Below are positions 51,900-64,000 of a DNA stretch of 64,000 bases, piece after piece (the stretch's first letter is position 1; each line of letters opens with the position of its first letter). Made by a program: the position numbers and the translations under genes. The notes under the pieces were generated by a model that was given only the letters and a program-made list of their open reading frames with translations, was not told where the DNA came from and ran no database searches. The stretch is from Syntrophales bacterium. Its GTDB lineage: Bacteria > Desulfobacterota > Syntrophia > Syntrophales > PHBD01. The DNA lies in contig OY764159.1 in assembly GCA_963668175.1 (NCBI GenBank), positions 2,432,001-2,496,000 on the forward strand. Reading direction: 5' to 3'.

Positions 51900-54800
51900 C
51901 TATTCCCTGTCCAGTTCTCTACGGACGGCGAGGCCGATCTTCTCCAGGACGTAGGGCTTGCGGACGAACTCCCCGGCGCCCAGGGCCTGGGCCTCCCGGA
52001 CCCGGTCGGTTTCGGCGTAGCCGCTGAGTATGATGGCCTTCTGATGCGGATGGATGGCGAGAATCCGCGCGTAGGTTTCCAGGCCGTCTATCCCGGGGTC
52101 CATGATCATGTCGAGGACGACGAGGTCCGCCCGGTTGCCGCGGAGGTATTCGACCGCCGCCTCGCCGCTTTCGACCGCCTTGACCCGGTAGCCCAGCCTT
52201 TCCAGCATGCTTGAGGCAAGGTTCCTCTGGGCCTGGACGTCGTCCACCACCAGGATCGACTCGCCCCGGCCCATGTACGCCTCGCGGGAGGCCGCCTTCT
52301 CTTCTGAGGCGAACGCCTCCCGGGTAACGGGGAAATAGAGGGTAAATGTGCTTCCCTGGCCCTCCCGGCTCTGGACGTCGATATACCCGCCGTGGTCCTT
52401 CACGACGCCCCAGACGATCGCCAGCCCCAGCCCCGTGCCGCTCCGGCCCATGAACTTCTTCGTGTAGAACGGCTCGAATATCTTTCCCAGGTCGCGGGCG
52501 GGAATACCGCCGCCCGTGTCGGCCACGGTCAGGACAGCGTAGTCTCCCTCCTGCATGTCGTCGTAGCCGCGCAGCGTCCGGTCCAGATACCTGTTTTCCG
52601 TACGGACCGTGATCGTCACGTCCGCCCCTTCGGAGGCGGCTTCTGCGGCATTCGTGACGAGATTCATCAGGGCCTTGCCCAGGTGGACGGAGGACCCCTT
52701 GACGGGAAGGAGGCCGACGGCAAGCTCCTTCCGGAGAGCCATGTCGGGATGGACGGATTTCAGGGCCTGGAATTCCGGCGACCTGAGATATTCGACGACG
52801 ACGCGGTTCAGATCGACGACGGCCGCCGTGTTCACGCCCCTGCGGGCGAGGGTCAGCAGGTCCTGGATGATCGCCGCGCCCTTCACGCTCGACCGGTGGA
52901 TGTTGTCGGCGTAATCCCGGAGCGTGCTCCCTTCGTGCAGTTTCTCCGCGAGCAGTTCCGAGTACCCGACCATGACGCCCAGGACGTTGTTGAGATCGTG
53001 GGCGACGCCCCCGGCCAGTCTGCCCAGGCCCTCCATCTTTTCGGCGCGGGAGAGGCGCTCTTCCAGCCGCCTTCGTTCCGTGTTGTCGCGGATGCACTCG
53101 ATCGCCGCGACGATCTCGCCCCGGGAATCGCGCAGGACCGACGCCGTGGCGGAAAGGTGGATATCGCCGGGGGGCAGGTTCGGCGTGAAGGACTCGCCCA
53201 GGAGACTGTCCCCGATCCGCTGGACCGCCGTGTAGCGTTTTTCCATTTCGGGGTCAGGATGGAGGGCGAGGTCGATCAGGATGGGCCTTCTTTCCCCGTA
53301 GAAGGGAAGGGCGTATTCGTAATTGCCCCTGCCGAGCATGTCTTCTTTCTTTACGCCCGTCATGACCTCCATGGCACGGTTCCAGGCGATGACCCTGCCT
53401 TCCCTGTCGACGACGAGGGTGGCGTCCGGGAGGAACTCGATGATGTCCGCGAGCTGCCTCCGGGATTCTTCCGACTCCCTTATCGCCCGCCGGTAATCGG
53501 TGATGTCCTCGATGGATACGACCGTCCCCAGGGCGGCATCGTTCGGCTGAAGGGGGGCGGCGCGCAGGATGACGTCGCGCACGCCGCTTTTCTTGCTCCG
53601 CAGCCTCGTCTCGACGTAGGCCACATCCTGTTCAGCAAGGCTTCTGTACAGATCGCGCCCGACCCGCCGGTACTCTTCCTCGCTCTCATAGAGCATCCGC
53701 GTCGTATGGCCGATGATCTCGGAGACGGAATAGCCGAACCTGTCGTACCAGTCCTTGCTTGCGCTCTGGAAGACGCGGCCTTTCATGATGCACAGGCCGA
53801 CGGGGGCCGCCTCGAACACGCTGCGAATCTTCGCTTCGCTCTCGCGCAGCGCCTCCTCCGCGCGCTTCCGCTCCCTCTCCTGGATGTCGCGCTGCAACCT
53901 GGCGTTGAGAATCGGCGAGATATGGCCTGCGATTCCGGAAAGCAGGTTGCGGTCCCTCTCCGTATATCCGCCTTCCTTGTTGGCGACGGAGAGCAGTCCG
54001 ATCGTCGCGTCCCGGGAGACGATGGGGACGGTGAGGAAGTTTTCGATACGGATGTGCCCTTCCGGGGTGTTGAAAGGGCCTTCCGACAGGAAGGACCGTC
54101 TTTTCCTGATGGCCGCGCCCCAGATGCTTTCGCCCCAGCCGCCGGCGGGAAAGCTGACGGCCTTGCCGGGCACGCGGCAACGGTCCCATACGTCCCTCGT
54201 CAGGCTGGGGATGACGAGATCGCCCTTTTCGTCGATGTAGCCGAAAATGCCGAAGGGGCTCTGCATCGTGGAAAGAACGACGTCCAGGACCTCGCCGTAC
54301 ATCTCTTCGTCCGGGACGGTGAGGAAGACATGGTCGATCCGGTTCAGGATCATCTTCCGGCGTTCGGAGAGATGCAGCTCTTCCTCCGCCCGCCTGCGCT
54401 CGGCGATTTCGTTCGCCAGGCGTCCGGCCTCGGCCTTGGCGGCGAGGTTCGCATATCCGAGCTGCGAGACGACGACGGCTATCTCCCCCAGGAGGGCCGT
54501 GACGGCTTCGAGCTTCTTCGTCTCAATCACCGGAATCTCTTTGACCGCCTCAAGATACGCTTCTTCGTCGAATCCGTATTGACGGGCCCGCTGCCGGTAA
54601 TCTTCCAGGTCGGGCTCCTGCATGAAGAGCTGTCCGGTGGCAAGGCTGGCGATATGCTTTCCATTGACGATGATGGGGATCGCGCAATCCACAAGCCCGT
54701 GGCCGCATTGTTCGGCAACGATCCTGCCCGGTTCGTCGAGCCGGTCCAGGAGACACCGGTTGCTCTTCAGGCAGACGGCTTCCGCCTCTGGGCAGCTCCG

Positions 54801-54998
54801 GTGAAACTTCGTGCAGATGTCCCGCCAGCCCGTGGCGATCAGGATGTTCAGGGCGGGATGGTCCAGAAAGCCGATGGTGAATCCCGTGGCCGCGGTGAAA
54901 TGTTCGAAGATAAGCTGTAATTGCTTAAGGTCGACGATGTCGCCGATGCCGTACTTCCCGTCGACCAGATGGCCGTTGTCCGCCGCTTCCATCTCCAT
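51900..54998 (-). CDS. PocR-GAF-PAS-PAS hybrid sensor histidine kinase / response regulator
   Basis: PocR signature ICTKFHR...CLKS...CGHGLVDCAIPII...TGQ; H-box AGGVAHDLNN; C-terminal receiver. Confidence 0.9.
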   Translation of the reverse strand: MEMEAADNGHLVDGKYGIGDIVDLKQLQLIFEHFTAATGFTIGFLDHPALNILIATGWRDICTKFHRSCPEAEAVCLKSNRCLLDRLDEPGRIVAEQCGHGLVDCAIPIIVNGKHIASLATGQLFMQEPDLEDYRQRARQYGFDEEAYLEAVKEIPVIETKKLEAVTALLGEIAVVVSQLGYANLAAKAEAGRLANEIAERRRAEEELHLSERRKMILNRIDHVFLTVPDEEMYGEVLDVVLSTMQSPFGIFGYIDEKGDLVIPSLTRDVWDRCRVPGKAVSFPAGGWGESIWGAAIRKRRSFLSEGPFNTPEGHIRIENFLTVPIVSRDATIGLLSVANKEGGYTERDRNLLSGIAGHISPILNARLQRDIQERERKRAEEALRESEAKIRSVFEAAPVGLCIMKGRVFQSASKDWYDRFGYSVSEIIGHTTRMLYESEEEYRRVGRDLYRSLAEQDVAYVETRLRSKKSGVRDVILRAAPLQPNDAALGTVVSIEDITDYRRAIRESEESRRQLADIIEFLPDATLVVDREGRVIAWNRAMEVMTGVKKEDMLGRGNYEYALPFYGERRPILIDLALHPDPEMEKRYTAVQRIGDSLLGESFTPNLPPGDIHLSATASVLRDSRGEIVAAIECIRDNTERRRLEERLSRAEKMEGLGRLAGGVAHDLNNVLGVMVGYSELLAEKLHEGSTLRDYADNIHRSSVKGAAIIQDLLTLARRGVNTAAVVDLNRVVVEYLRSPEFQALKSVHPDMALRKELAVGLLPVKGSSVHLGKALMNLVTNAAEAASEGADVTITVRTENRYLDRTLRGYDDMQEGDYAVLTVADTGGGIPARDLGKIFEPFYTKKFMGRSGTGLGLAIVWGVVKDHGGYIDVQSREGQGSTFTLYFPVTREAFASEEKAASREAYMGRGESILVVDDVQAQRNLASSMLERLGYRVKAVESGEAAVEYLRGNRADLVVLDMIMDPGIDGLETYARILAIHPHQKAIILSGYAETDRVREAQALGAGEFVRKPYVLEKIGLAVRRELDRE

Positions 54999-55289
54999 AT
55001 CCGCTCCCGCTTTTGAATATCGCAATCACACCGAACTTCCGCGGGCCGTATGACGGCGCATGTCTTCTCCTGTGACGTCCATACTTCAGAGAACGGGTCG
55101 CACCCGCGAACCCGCAGATATTTGATGTTCCGGATTGGTATAACATCGCATGTCCGGGAAAATTTTGCAATTATTAAGATTTGTAAGACGGCGATTTCCG
55201 GGGACGACGGTCGGATAAACTTCCTTCCGACATGTCGGGTGTCCGGGGAGTTGACGGATGGAAATACGTCGCATTCCTATATCATTTGT

Positions 55290-57560
55290 TCATGTTTCGC
55301 TCAGCGCGACGCGGACCTTGCCGGTGATGTCACTTCGGGAGAAAGGTTTCTGGATAAAATGGACGCCCTCGTCCAGGATGCCGTGGTGAGCGATGACGTT
55401 GGCGGTATATCCAGACATGAAAAGACTTTTCAGATTGGGATAGAGGTGAAGCAGGTTCTTGGCCAGGTCACGGCCGTTCATTTCCGGCATCACCACATCG
55501 GTTATCAACAGATGAATTTCCCCGGCGAATTTCTCCGCTATGCGGATGGCTTCCCGAGGCGTACCGGCGGTCAACACCGTATATCCCTGTTGTTCGAGGA
55601 TGCATCTGGCAAGATCGAGGAGGGCTGGTTCGTCTTCCACAACGAGGATGGTTTCCCGGCCCCCCGGGATCGGTATCCGGATATCTTCCTTCTGTCTCTG
55701 CTCCGCCTTGCCTACATGGCGGCGCAGATAAATCTTGAAGGTTGTTCCTGTGCCCGGTTCGCTGTAAACGTTCAGAAATCCGTCGTTCTGTTTGACGATG
55801 CCGTAAACCGTCGCCAGGCCCAGGCCGGTGCCTTGCCCCAAGGTTTTCGTCGTGAAAAAAGGTTCAAATATCTTGCTTAAGACATCCTTGTCCATGCCGC
55901 AACCGTCGTCGCTGACGGCGAGCAGGACATAATCGCCGGGGATAAAGCCCAGATGATCGGAGCAATAGGTTTCGCCGAAGCTGGCGTTCCCGGTTTCAAT
56001 GGTGAGCGTGCCCACGCCGGATATGGCGTCGCGCGCATTTACGCACAAGTTGACCAGAATCTGGTCGATCTGTGACGGATCGATCTTGACCGGCCAGAGG
56101 TCGCTGTCCGGCAGCCATACCAGCCGAATGTCTTCGCCGATAATCCGTTGCAGCATCTTGATCATGCCGCCCACGATCTCGTTTACGTCCAGCGCCCGGG
56201 GGGAAATGGTCTGCTGGCGGGCAAAAGCCAGGAGCTGGCGTGTAAGATCGGCGGAACGCTCCGCCGCTTTCTGCACTTCCCGGAGGGCCGAGTATATCGG
56301 CTGGGACGGATCGACCGCCTCCACGGCTATCTCCATATGTCCGAGAATGACCCCCAGCATGTTGTTGAAATCGTGCGCAACGCCGCCTGCCAGCCGGCCG
56401 ACGGACTCCATTTTCTGCGCTTGATTCAACTGCTCCTGAAGCTTCGCCCTCTCCCGTTCCGCCTGTTTGCGGTCGGTGATATCGTGAATGATGGAGTGGA
56501 TGAGCGCTCTTCCTTCGGCTTCGATCCTGCTGGAATAAACCTCCACATCCCGGACCGACCCGTCCGCCAGCCGGTGGCGGAATTCAAAACGGTTCTGGCT
56601 GCCCGCGAGTATCCTTTCGATCTCTTTTCCGATATCTTCGGGAGAAAGCGTGCTGATCTCCCGAATCTTCATCGCTTTGAGCCGTTCGTACGGCCATCCG
56701 TAAAAATGAACCGCGGCCCGGTTGGCTTCGATGATGTTCCCGGTTTCCGGATCGACCAGCAACTTGACGGCGGAATGTTCTTCAAACACTTTTCTGTACC
56801 GCTCTTCGCTCTGGCGCAACGCCTCTTCCGTCCGTGTGAGTTCCGTGATGTCCTGGTTGATGGCGATCGCTCCCAAAACTTTCAGGTCGTCGTCCAGAAG
56901 CGGCGCTGCCGAGTTGAGGATGGTCTTCACCGTGCCGTCGAAACATTCTATGTGGATCGGTTCTTTGTGGATAACGGTTTCGCCCGTCGCAAGCGTCCGG
57001 GATACGGCCCAGTCTTCAGGCTCGACGCGTATGCCCGTGCCGGTCCATCGGGCTTTGTATTCGCCGTAGCGTTCCATTCCGACGTAACGAATGCCGCCCC
57101 AGATGTTTTCTCCGGCTGTATTGCCCATGAGGATCTTGCCATGGGCGTCTGTGACCCAAACGCCGACGGGCAATGTTTCGAGAACGGTATGAACGAGCGA
57201 TTTTTCCTGATTGACTTCCTTCAGCAGCGACTCGTTCCTTGATTGCAGGGCGCGTGCCTGTATTCGGTTTTCGAGGAGGACCGCCAGGAAATGGAAGGCG
57301 GTCCTGAAGACGGCCCGTTCGGCCTCCGTGGTTTCCGGACCTTCTTCCATCAAAGCGTACCCGAAGGAAGAACGAAGGGTCGTAATCGGAAAAACGAGGT
57401 ATTCCGGAAGGCCGGGCGGCATCCGTTCGGCGAATTGGAAGGCAAACGCCGTACCGAGCCCATTGAGGGATTCGATGAATCGTAAGCGGATCAGATCGGG
57501 ATCGGATATTTGCGACACATACGCGAGTGCCAGCAGCACTTCATGCGATAGCTTGATCAT
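55290..57560 (-). CDS. PAS-PAS hybrid sensor histidine kinase / response regulator
   Basis: AGGVAHDFNNML, GTGLGL and receiver LVVEDE...TDVVMP. Confidence 0.92.
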   Translation of the reverse strand: MIKLSHEVLLALAYVSQISDPDLIRLRFIESLNGLGTAFAFQFAERMPPGLPEYLVFPITTLRSSFGYALMEEGPETTEAERAVFRTAFHFLAVLLENRIQARALQSRNESLLKEVNQEKSLVHTVLETLPVGVWVTDAHGKILMGNTAGENIWGGIRYVGMERYGEYKARWTGTGIRVEPEDWAVSRTLATGETVIHKEPIHIECFDGTVKTILNSAAPLLDDDLKVLGAIAINQDITELTRTEEALRQSEERYRKVFEEHSAVKLLVDPETGNIIEANRAAVHFYGWPYERLKAMKIREISTLSPEDIGKEIERILAGSQNRFEFRHRLADGSVRDVEVYSSRIEAEGRALIHSIIHDITDRKQAERERAKLQEQLNQAQKMESVGRLAGGVAHDFNNMLGVILGHMEIAVEAVDPSQPIYSALREVQKAAERSADLTRQLLAFARQQTISPRALDVNEIVGGMIKMLQRIIGEDIRLVWLPDSDLWPVKIDPSQIDQILVNLCVNARDAISGVGTLTIETGNASFGETYCSDHLGFIPGDYVLLAVSDDGCGMDKDVLSKIFEPFFTTKTLGQGTGLGLATVYGIVKQNDGFLNVYSEPGTGTTFKIYLRRHVGKAEQRQKEDIRIPIPGGRETILVVEDEPALLDLARCILEQQGYTVLTAGTPREAIRIAEKFAGEIHLLITDVVMPEMNGRDLAKNLLHLYPNLKSLFMSGYTANVIAHHGILDEGVHFIQKPFSRSDITGKVRVALSET

Positions 57561-58213
57561 AGACGCTCAAACAGCGGCAAAAATTCAGGTGCGCGCTCGG
57601 TAACCCATTTTTTGGGCTGAACGAAGTAGGGGTTCTCGAAGATGCCGCCCCCCGTGATGACGAAGGGGTGGGTCTGGAGGACCTTCATGATCGTCGCCCC
57701 CGGGAAACGGTTGACATCGTACATGCAGATGCTGATCCAGGGTTTGCCCCAGATGAAGGTGTTGAGAATCGATTCGTAGGCCATGAGATGTTCGATGCCG
57801 GGAATCTTTTCCAGGGCCCAGCCCATTTCCGCCGTTCCCCGCACATTCCTCGTTCCGGTCTGCAGGTTCTCGGCCCAGATATCGTCGTGGGCCTTAAGCA
57901 TCGCCTGGGGGGAAAAGAAGCCCTGGGGGTGGTACAATTCGCGGGAATGGAGCAGACGGAAGGAATCCGGGCCGGGTCGGTCGGCGCCGGGGCATTGGGC
58001 GTGGACGCGGTCGAGGGCATGGTCGTAATGCGCCTCGCCGGGACAGCATACGAGGAGTTCCCGGTCGCAAAGACCCTGGGCGAGGAAGCCGAACATAATC
58101 GTGTCGCGTTCCTCGTCGGATTCGTACAACCCGCAGAAATGAGTGCCCCAGTTGCAGGTGTACCCGCCGAATCCAAGACTCATGACATCCAAGTCCGATG
58201 TTCTCAGGTACAT
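57557..58213 (-). CDS. Stand-alone MEDS (DcmR-like sensory) domain protein
   Basis: GTHFCGLY, RGTAEMGW, YESILN, ICMYD and LQTHP; ATGA overlap with the downstream kinase. Confidence 0.85.
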   Translation of the reverse strand: MYLRTSDLDVMSLGFGGYTCNWGTHFCGLYESDEERDTIMFGFLAQGLCDRELLVCCPGEAHYDHALDRVHAQCPGADRPGPDSFRLLHSRELYHPQGFFSPQAMLKAHDDIWAENLQTGTRNVRGTAEMGWALEKIPGIEHLMAYESILNTFIWGKPWISICMYDVNRFPGATIMKVLQTHPFVITGGGIFENPYFVQPKKWVTERAPEFLPLFERL

Positions 58214-58254
58214 GGCATCCTCCGTTGATAAAGAACCCCCTCATTTACCATTTC

Positions 58255-58283
58255 AGTATAGCGGCAACGGCCCTTTCTGTCAA
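58255..58283 (-). promoter_or_regulatory. Sigma70-type promoter of the MEDS-kinase pair
   Basis: TTGACA-N17-TATACT. Confidence 0.75.
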
Positions 58284-58324
58284 GGGCGTCGTGCGGCGTC
58301 GGCTTTAATGGAAGGGGGGCGGCG

Positions 58325-59200
58325 TCAGGACGGCCATCGGGCGACGGCGGCGGCAGCGGCGGCGCGTCCCTGGTCGTAGCCTTCCCGGAGGATGTCGCGG
58401 TTGCGGCACAGGCGGGAGACGCGGAAGGCGTCCGGCGGGCAGATTTCGACGATCTCCGCGCCGTCGGGCGGGCGGCGGATGAGATCCAGCGTTTCGTTGT
58501 AACGCGCCACGCGCCTCATCATGGCTTCCCTGAGAGCCGGGCGGCGGCGGAGGTAGCGGGACATGACCCACTGGTCGAAGAGGTTCGGGCGTTTGCGGTA
58601 GTCCCGGCGGCGCGACCGGACGACCATGACGCGCTTTGCGCCGCGTCGGAGCGCTTCCGCGACGGGGATGGCGTCGGCGACGCCCCCGTCGGTCATGGGT
58701 CTGCCGTCCACCTGGGGGAAGTCCCGGTAATAGAGAGGCACGGCGCTGGAAGCCATGAGGACGTGTTCGAGATCGTCCGGGCCGGTATCCTTGAAGACGG
58801 CCCCGCCCGTTGCCGCGTCCGTGAGGCCCACGAGAAAGGGCCTGCCGGGGGCGTAAATCGCTTTGAGGTCGAGGCGGATGTCCCGGATCGTGTTCTCCCA
58901 GAGCCAGTCGAGGTCGAGGAGGTGGCCGCCGGCGAGGAACCGGGGGATGCTGATGAATTGCGGCCGCAGGGAGTAGTCGACGTAGATGAGTCGGTTGCGG
59001 CCGTGCATGCCCGCCAGGTACGCCGCAAGGTTGGTCGCCCCCGAGGAGACGCCGATATAGAAATCGAAGGGATTGAACGTCTGCTCCAGGAATCCGTCGA
59101 GAAGCCCCGTGGAGAAAACCCCCCGCATGCCCCCGCCTTCGACGACGAGGGCCGTATCGTATGGCTGTTTCACCGTTGGATTATCCTCGCGGGACGTCAT
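58325..59200 (-). CDS. Patatin-like phospholipase family protein
   Basis: EGGGMRG, GVSSG and DGGV. Confidence 0.92.
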   Translation of the reverse strand: MTSREDNPTVKQPYDTALVVEGGGMRGVFSTGLLDGFLEQTFNPFDFYIGVSSGATNLAAYLAGMHGRNRLIYVDYSLRPQFISIPRFLAGGHLLDLDWLWENTIRDIRLDLKAIYAPGRPFLVGLTDAATGGAVFKDTGPDDLEHVLMASSAVPLYYRDFPQVDGRPMTDGGVADAIPVAEALRRGAKRVMVVRSRRRDYRKRPNLFDQWVMSRYLRRRPALREAMMRRVARYNETLDLIRRPPDGAEIVEICPPDAFRVSRLCRNRDILREGYDQGRAAAAAAVARWPS

Positions 59201-59246
59201 AGCAGAATATCGATCGTGACGTCAAGGAGCCGCCGGGGTTTCTCGG

Positions 59247-59894
59247 CTATTCACGTTCGGCGGCGAGTCTGTCGATCACCGTCGCGGCGGGCCAGAGACG
59301 GACGCCGATGGCCCGAAGCTCGTCCTCGCCCCGCTGGTAGAGTCCCGATATGGCGTCCGTGACGAGGACCAGGCGGTAGTCCCGTTCGCTCGCCTCGTAG
59401 ATCGTCGTGCGGGGGCAGTTGGGGTAGTTGCAGCCGCAGACGACAACGGTATGGACCCGCATGTTTTCGAGATGTTCCTGAAGGGGGGTGCCGAAGAAGG
59501 CGCCCCATCGCGGTTTGTAGATGACGGACTCGTTCGGGCCCGCCGACTGTATGCCGCCGCGAAGGAGAAGGGGGCAGTCGAGATCGCCTGCCGCCTCGGG
59601 CAGCAGCCCCTGGACGGGCTGGGCGCCGGCCGATCCCGGGCATACGATTTCCTGGCCGCTACGGAGCCATTCCCGGCGGCAGAGGTCCGCGTTCGAGCCG
59701 TCGCTCAGATAGAGCCGGACGATGTGGACGATCGTTTTGCCCGCCTCACGGAAAGCATTGAGCAGCCGCTCGATGCGCGGCACGACGGCCATCGTGCCGG
59801 GAATCTCGGCGGGCGCGCCGGGCAGCGCGAAGTCCCTCTGTACGTCCATGATAAGAAGCGCCGATCTTGACAGGTCCGGTTCCGTATCCTTCAT
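59247..59894 (-). CDS. Isochorismatase-family cysteine hydrolase
   Basis: ALLIMDVQRDF, KPRWGAF and NYPNCPRTT. Confidence 0.9.
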   Translation of the reverse strand: MKDTEPDLSRSALLIMDVQRDFALPGAPAEIPGTMAVVPRIERLLNAFREAGKTIVHIVRLYLSDGSNADLCRREWLRSGQEIVCPGSAGAQPVQGLLPEAAGDLDCPLLLRGGIQSAGPNESVIYKPRWGAFFGTPLQEHLENMRVHTVVVCGCNYPNCPRTTIYEASERDYRLVLVTDAISGLYQRGEDELRAIGVRLWPAATVIDRLAAERE

Positions 59895-59913
59895 GCCATT
59901 CTCCTCCGTTTCG

Positions 59914-61098
59914 CTATTTACGGATATTCTCGATACGCTCGCTCCAGGCGGGATGGGATGCCCAGAATCCCCCGCCCTCCTGCGACGTCTGCCGTATTTT
60001 CGTCATGATGGCGATCTGTTTTTCGCTGGTCATGCCGAAGCATTTCCCGCAGGCCTCGGAGGCCGTCTTGTCGGCTTCCAGTTCCTGGGTCTTGCTGTAG
60101 TTGTTGACCACTGCCGGGTTGACGGCATGGTTCAGGAGGCCCACGCCGGGGATGAAGAAATCGGCGACGAGCATGATGCCCGACGTCACGGCGCTGACGG
60201 CGATCTTCTTGCCGACGTGTCCCAGTTTGTCGTGGGCGATCTCGTGGGCGGCGACGAAGGTCAGCGTGTCGTCGTCCCAGAGGCGCAGGGCCCCCTGCGT
60301 GAAAACGATCTGCCCCGAGAGGTTGACAGAGGCATTCGCCCGCCGGTCGCGGCTGATGCCGACGGTGTACGTCTTCGCTTCGGGCATGAGGCAGCCCGTG
60401 ACACGGCCGACGATGGCCCTGATCCGCACGATCTGCTGCGGCAGCCCTGCCGCCGCCTCCCGCAACGCTTCCGCCTCGCGGAGCAGCTCTGCCGAAGCTT
60501 CTTTTCTATAGCTCGCCGCGTAGTCGAGGGCGCCCCGGCCGGAGGAATCCCCGGGGAAGGGGTCGGCGCCCGCATCGAGGAGGAGCTTGACCAGGGCTGC
60601 GTCCCCGTAAATGGCGGCGTTGATCAGGGGCGTGACGCCTTCGCCGTTCGCCGTGTCGACGTCCGCTTTACTGCGGACCAGCGTTTCCGCGATTTCCCGG
60701 TTGTTCGCGGCAGCGGCCAGGATGAGGGGCGTGTTGCCGGCATTATCCCTCGCCCGGACGTCGGCGCCTTTCTCGACGAGGAAAAGGGCGGTCTGCGGTT
60801 TGCCGCCCGCGGCGATCATAAGCGGCGTCCGGCCTTCGCCGTCACGGGGGTCCGCGGCGGCCCCTCTTTCAACCAGGGTGCGGACGATCGAAAGCGCCTG
60901 GGCGTCGCCGCACGAGGCTGCGGCCATGTGCAGAGGCGAGGCCTTGGCATCGCCCCCGGCGGGTTCGCTCATGCCGCTGCCCGCGGCGAGCTGCCGGACG
61001 GCCTGAAGGTCGCAGTCCCTGGCGGCCTTGGTCAGCGGCGTCATCGTCGTGCAGGCCGAAAGCAGAAGGACCGGCAGGAGCGGATGCAATATCTTCAT
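59914..61098 (-). CDS. Lipoprotein with ankyrin repeats fused to an M48-like Zn metallopeptidase
   Basis: Lipobox LSAC; GxTPL ankyrin repeats; HEIAH, ELEAD and ASHP...ERI. Confidence 0.85.
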   Translation of the reverse strand: MKILHPLLPVLLLSACTTMTPLTKAARDCDLQAVRQLAAGSGMSEPAGGDAKASPLHMAAASCGDAQALSIVRTLVERGAAADPRDGEGRTPLMIAAGGKPQTALFLVEKGADVRARDNAGNTPLILAAAANNREIAETLVRSKADVDTANGEGVTPLINAAIYGDAALVKLLLDAGADPFPGDSSGRGALDYAASYRKEASAELLREAEALREAAAGLPQQIVRIRAIVGRVTGCLMPEAKTYTVGISRDRRANASVNLSGQIVFTQGALRLWDDDTLTFVAAHEIAHDKLGHVGKKIAVSAVTSGIMLVADFFIPGVGLLNHAVNPAVVNNYSKTQELEADKTASEACGKCFGMTSEKQIAIMTKIRQTSQEGGGFWASHPAWSERIENIRK

Positions 61099-61187
61099 AA
61101 CGGAACACCTCTGCGGGCAGGGTGTGCGGGACGGGCCCGGCCTGGGACCGGCAGTGTGCGGGCGGCCGGGCGGACCTCAATAGGGAA

Positions 61188-61216
61188 AGTATAGGGAATT
61201 CGCCCGGCCCTGTCAA
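61188..61216 (-). promoter_or_regulatory. Sigma70-type promoter of the ankyrin-M48 gene
   Basis: TTGACA-N17-TATACT. Confidence 0.75.
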
Positions 61217-61261
61217 TGAAAACGGGCGGCTGCATGAGGGCGGTCCCGTGCGCGGCGGGGA

Positions 61262-64000
<2,739 letters not shown>

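Noticed and set aside
52392..54920. Very long antisense ORFs (also 2013-3878, 13942-15936, 26674-28416, 42526-44043 and others)
   Set aside because: Shadow frames of well-supported genes, expected with high-GC codon bias. No recognisable motifs.
61160..61215. AATAGGGAA suggesting a cobalamin riboswitch
   Set aside because: The remaining B12-element motifs are missing. The sequence is explained by a minus-strand sigma70 promoter.

Overview
A GC-rich bacterial chromosomal window, probably from an anaerobic delta-proteobacterium of the Syntrophales type. That is inferred from the acyl-CoA dehydrogenase, CoA-transferase, SatP, many multi-PAS hybrid kinases and PEP-CTERM genes. I see no rRNA, tRNA, CRISPR array, transposase or prophage. 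Recognisable content: a complete kdpFABCDE operon; a fur / beta-barrel / feoA-feoA-feoB locus with four Fur boxes; a cold-shock-type operon (small basic protein, DEAD-box helicase, RRM protein); three PEP-CTERM genes; DUF3300-DUF2950; an MCP; five histidine kinases; and several hydrolases and methyltransferases. The most interesting signals are below the ORF-track cutoff or non-coding. (1) Two unannotated, paralogous 48-aa proteins lie 13 kb apart, each with its own TTGACA-N18-TAnTAT promoter. (2) A promoter-driven, about 165-nt, 6S-like structured RNA candidate sits upstream of mscS. (3) An extra 26-aa membrane peptide gene precedes kdpF. (4) Two PEP-CTERM genes share a TGT-N11-ACA enhancer, a sigma54 promoter and a related terminator around unrelated passenger domains. 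(5) A terminator lies inside the leader of the cold-shock operon, and several other intergenic regions are structured. All family assignments are motif recognition by eye and all RNA structures were paired by hand; nothing was checked against a database.
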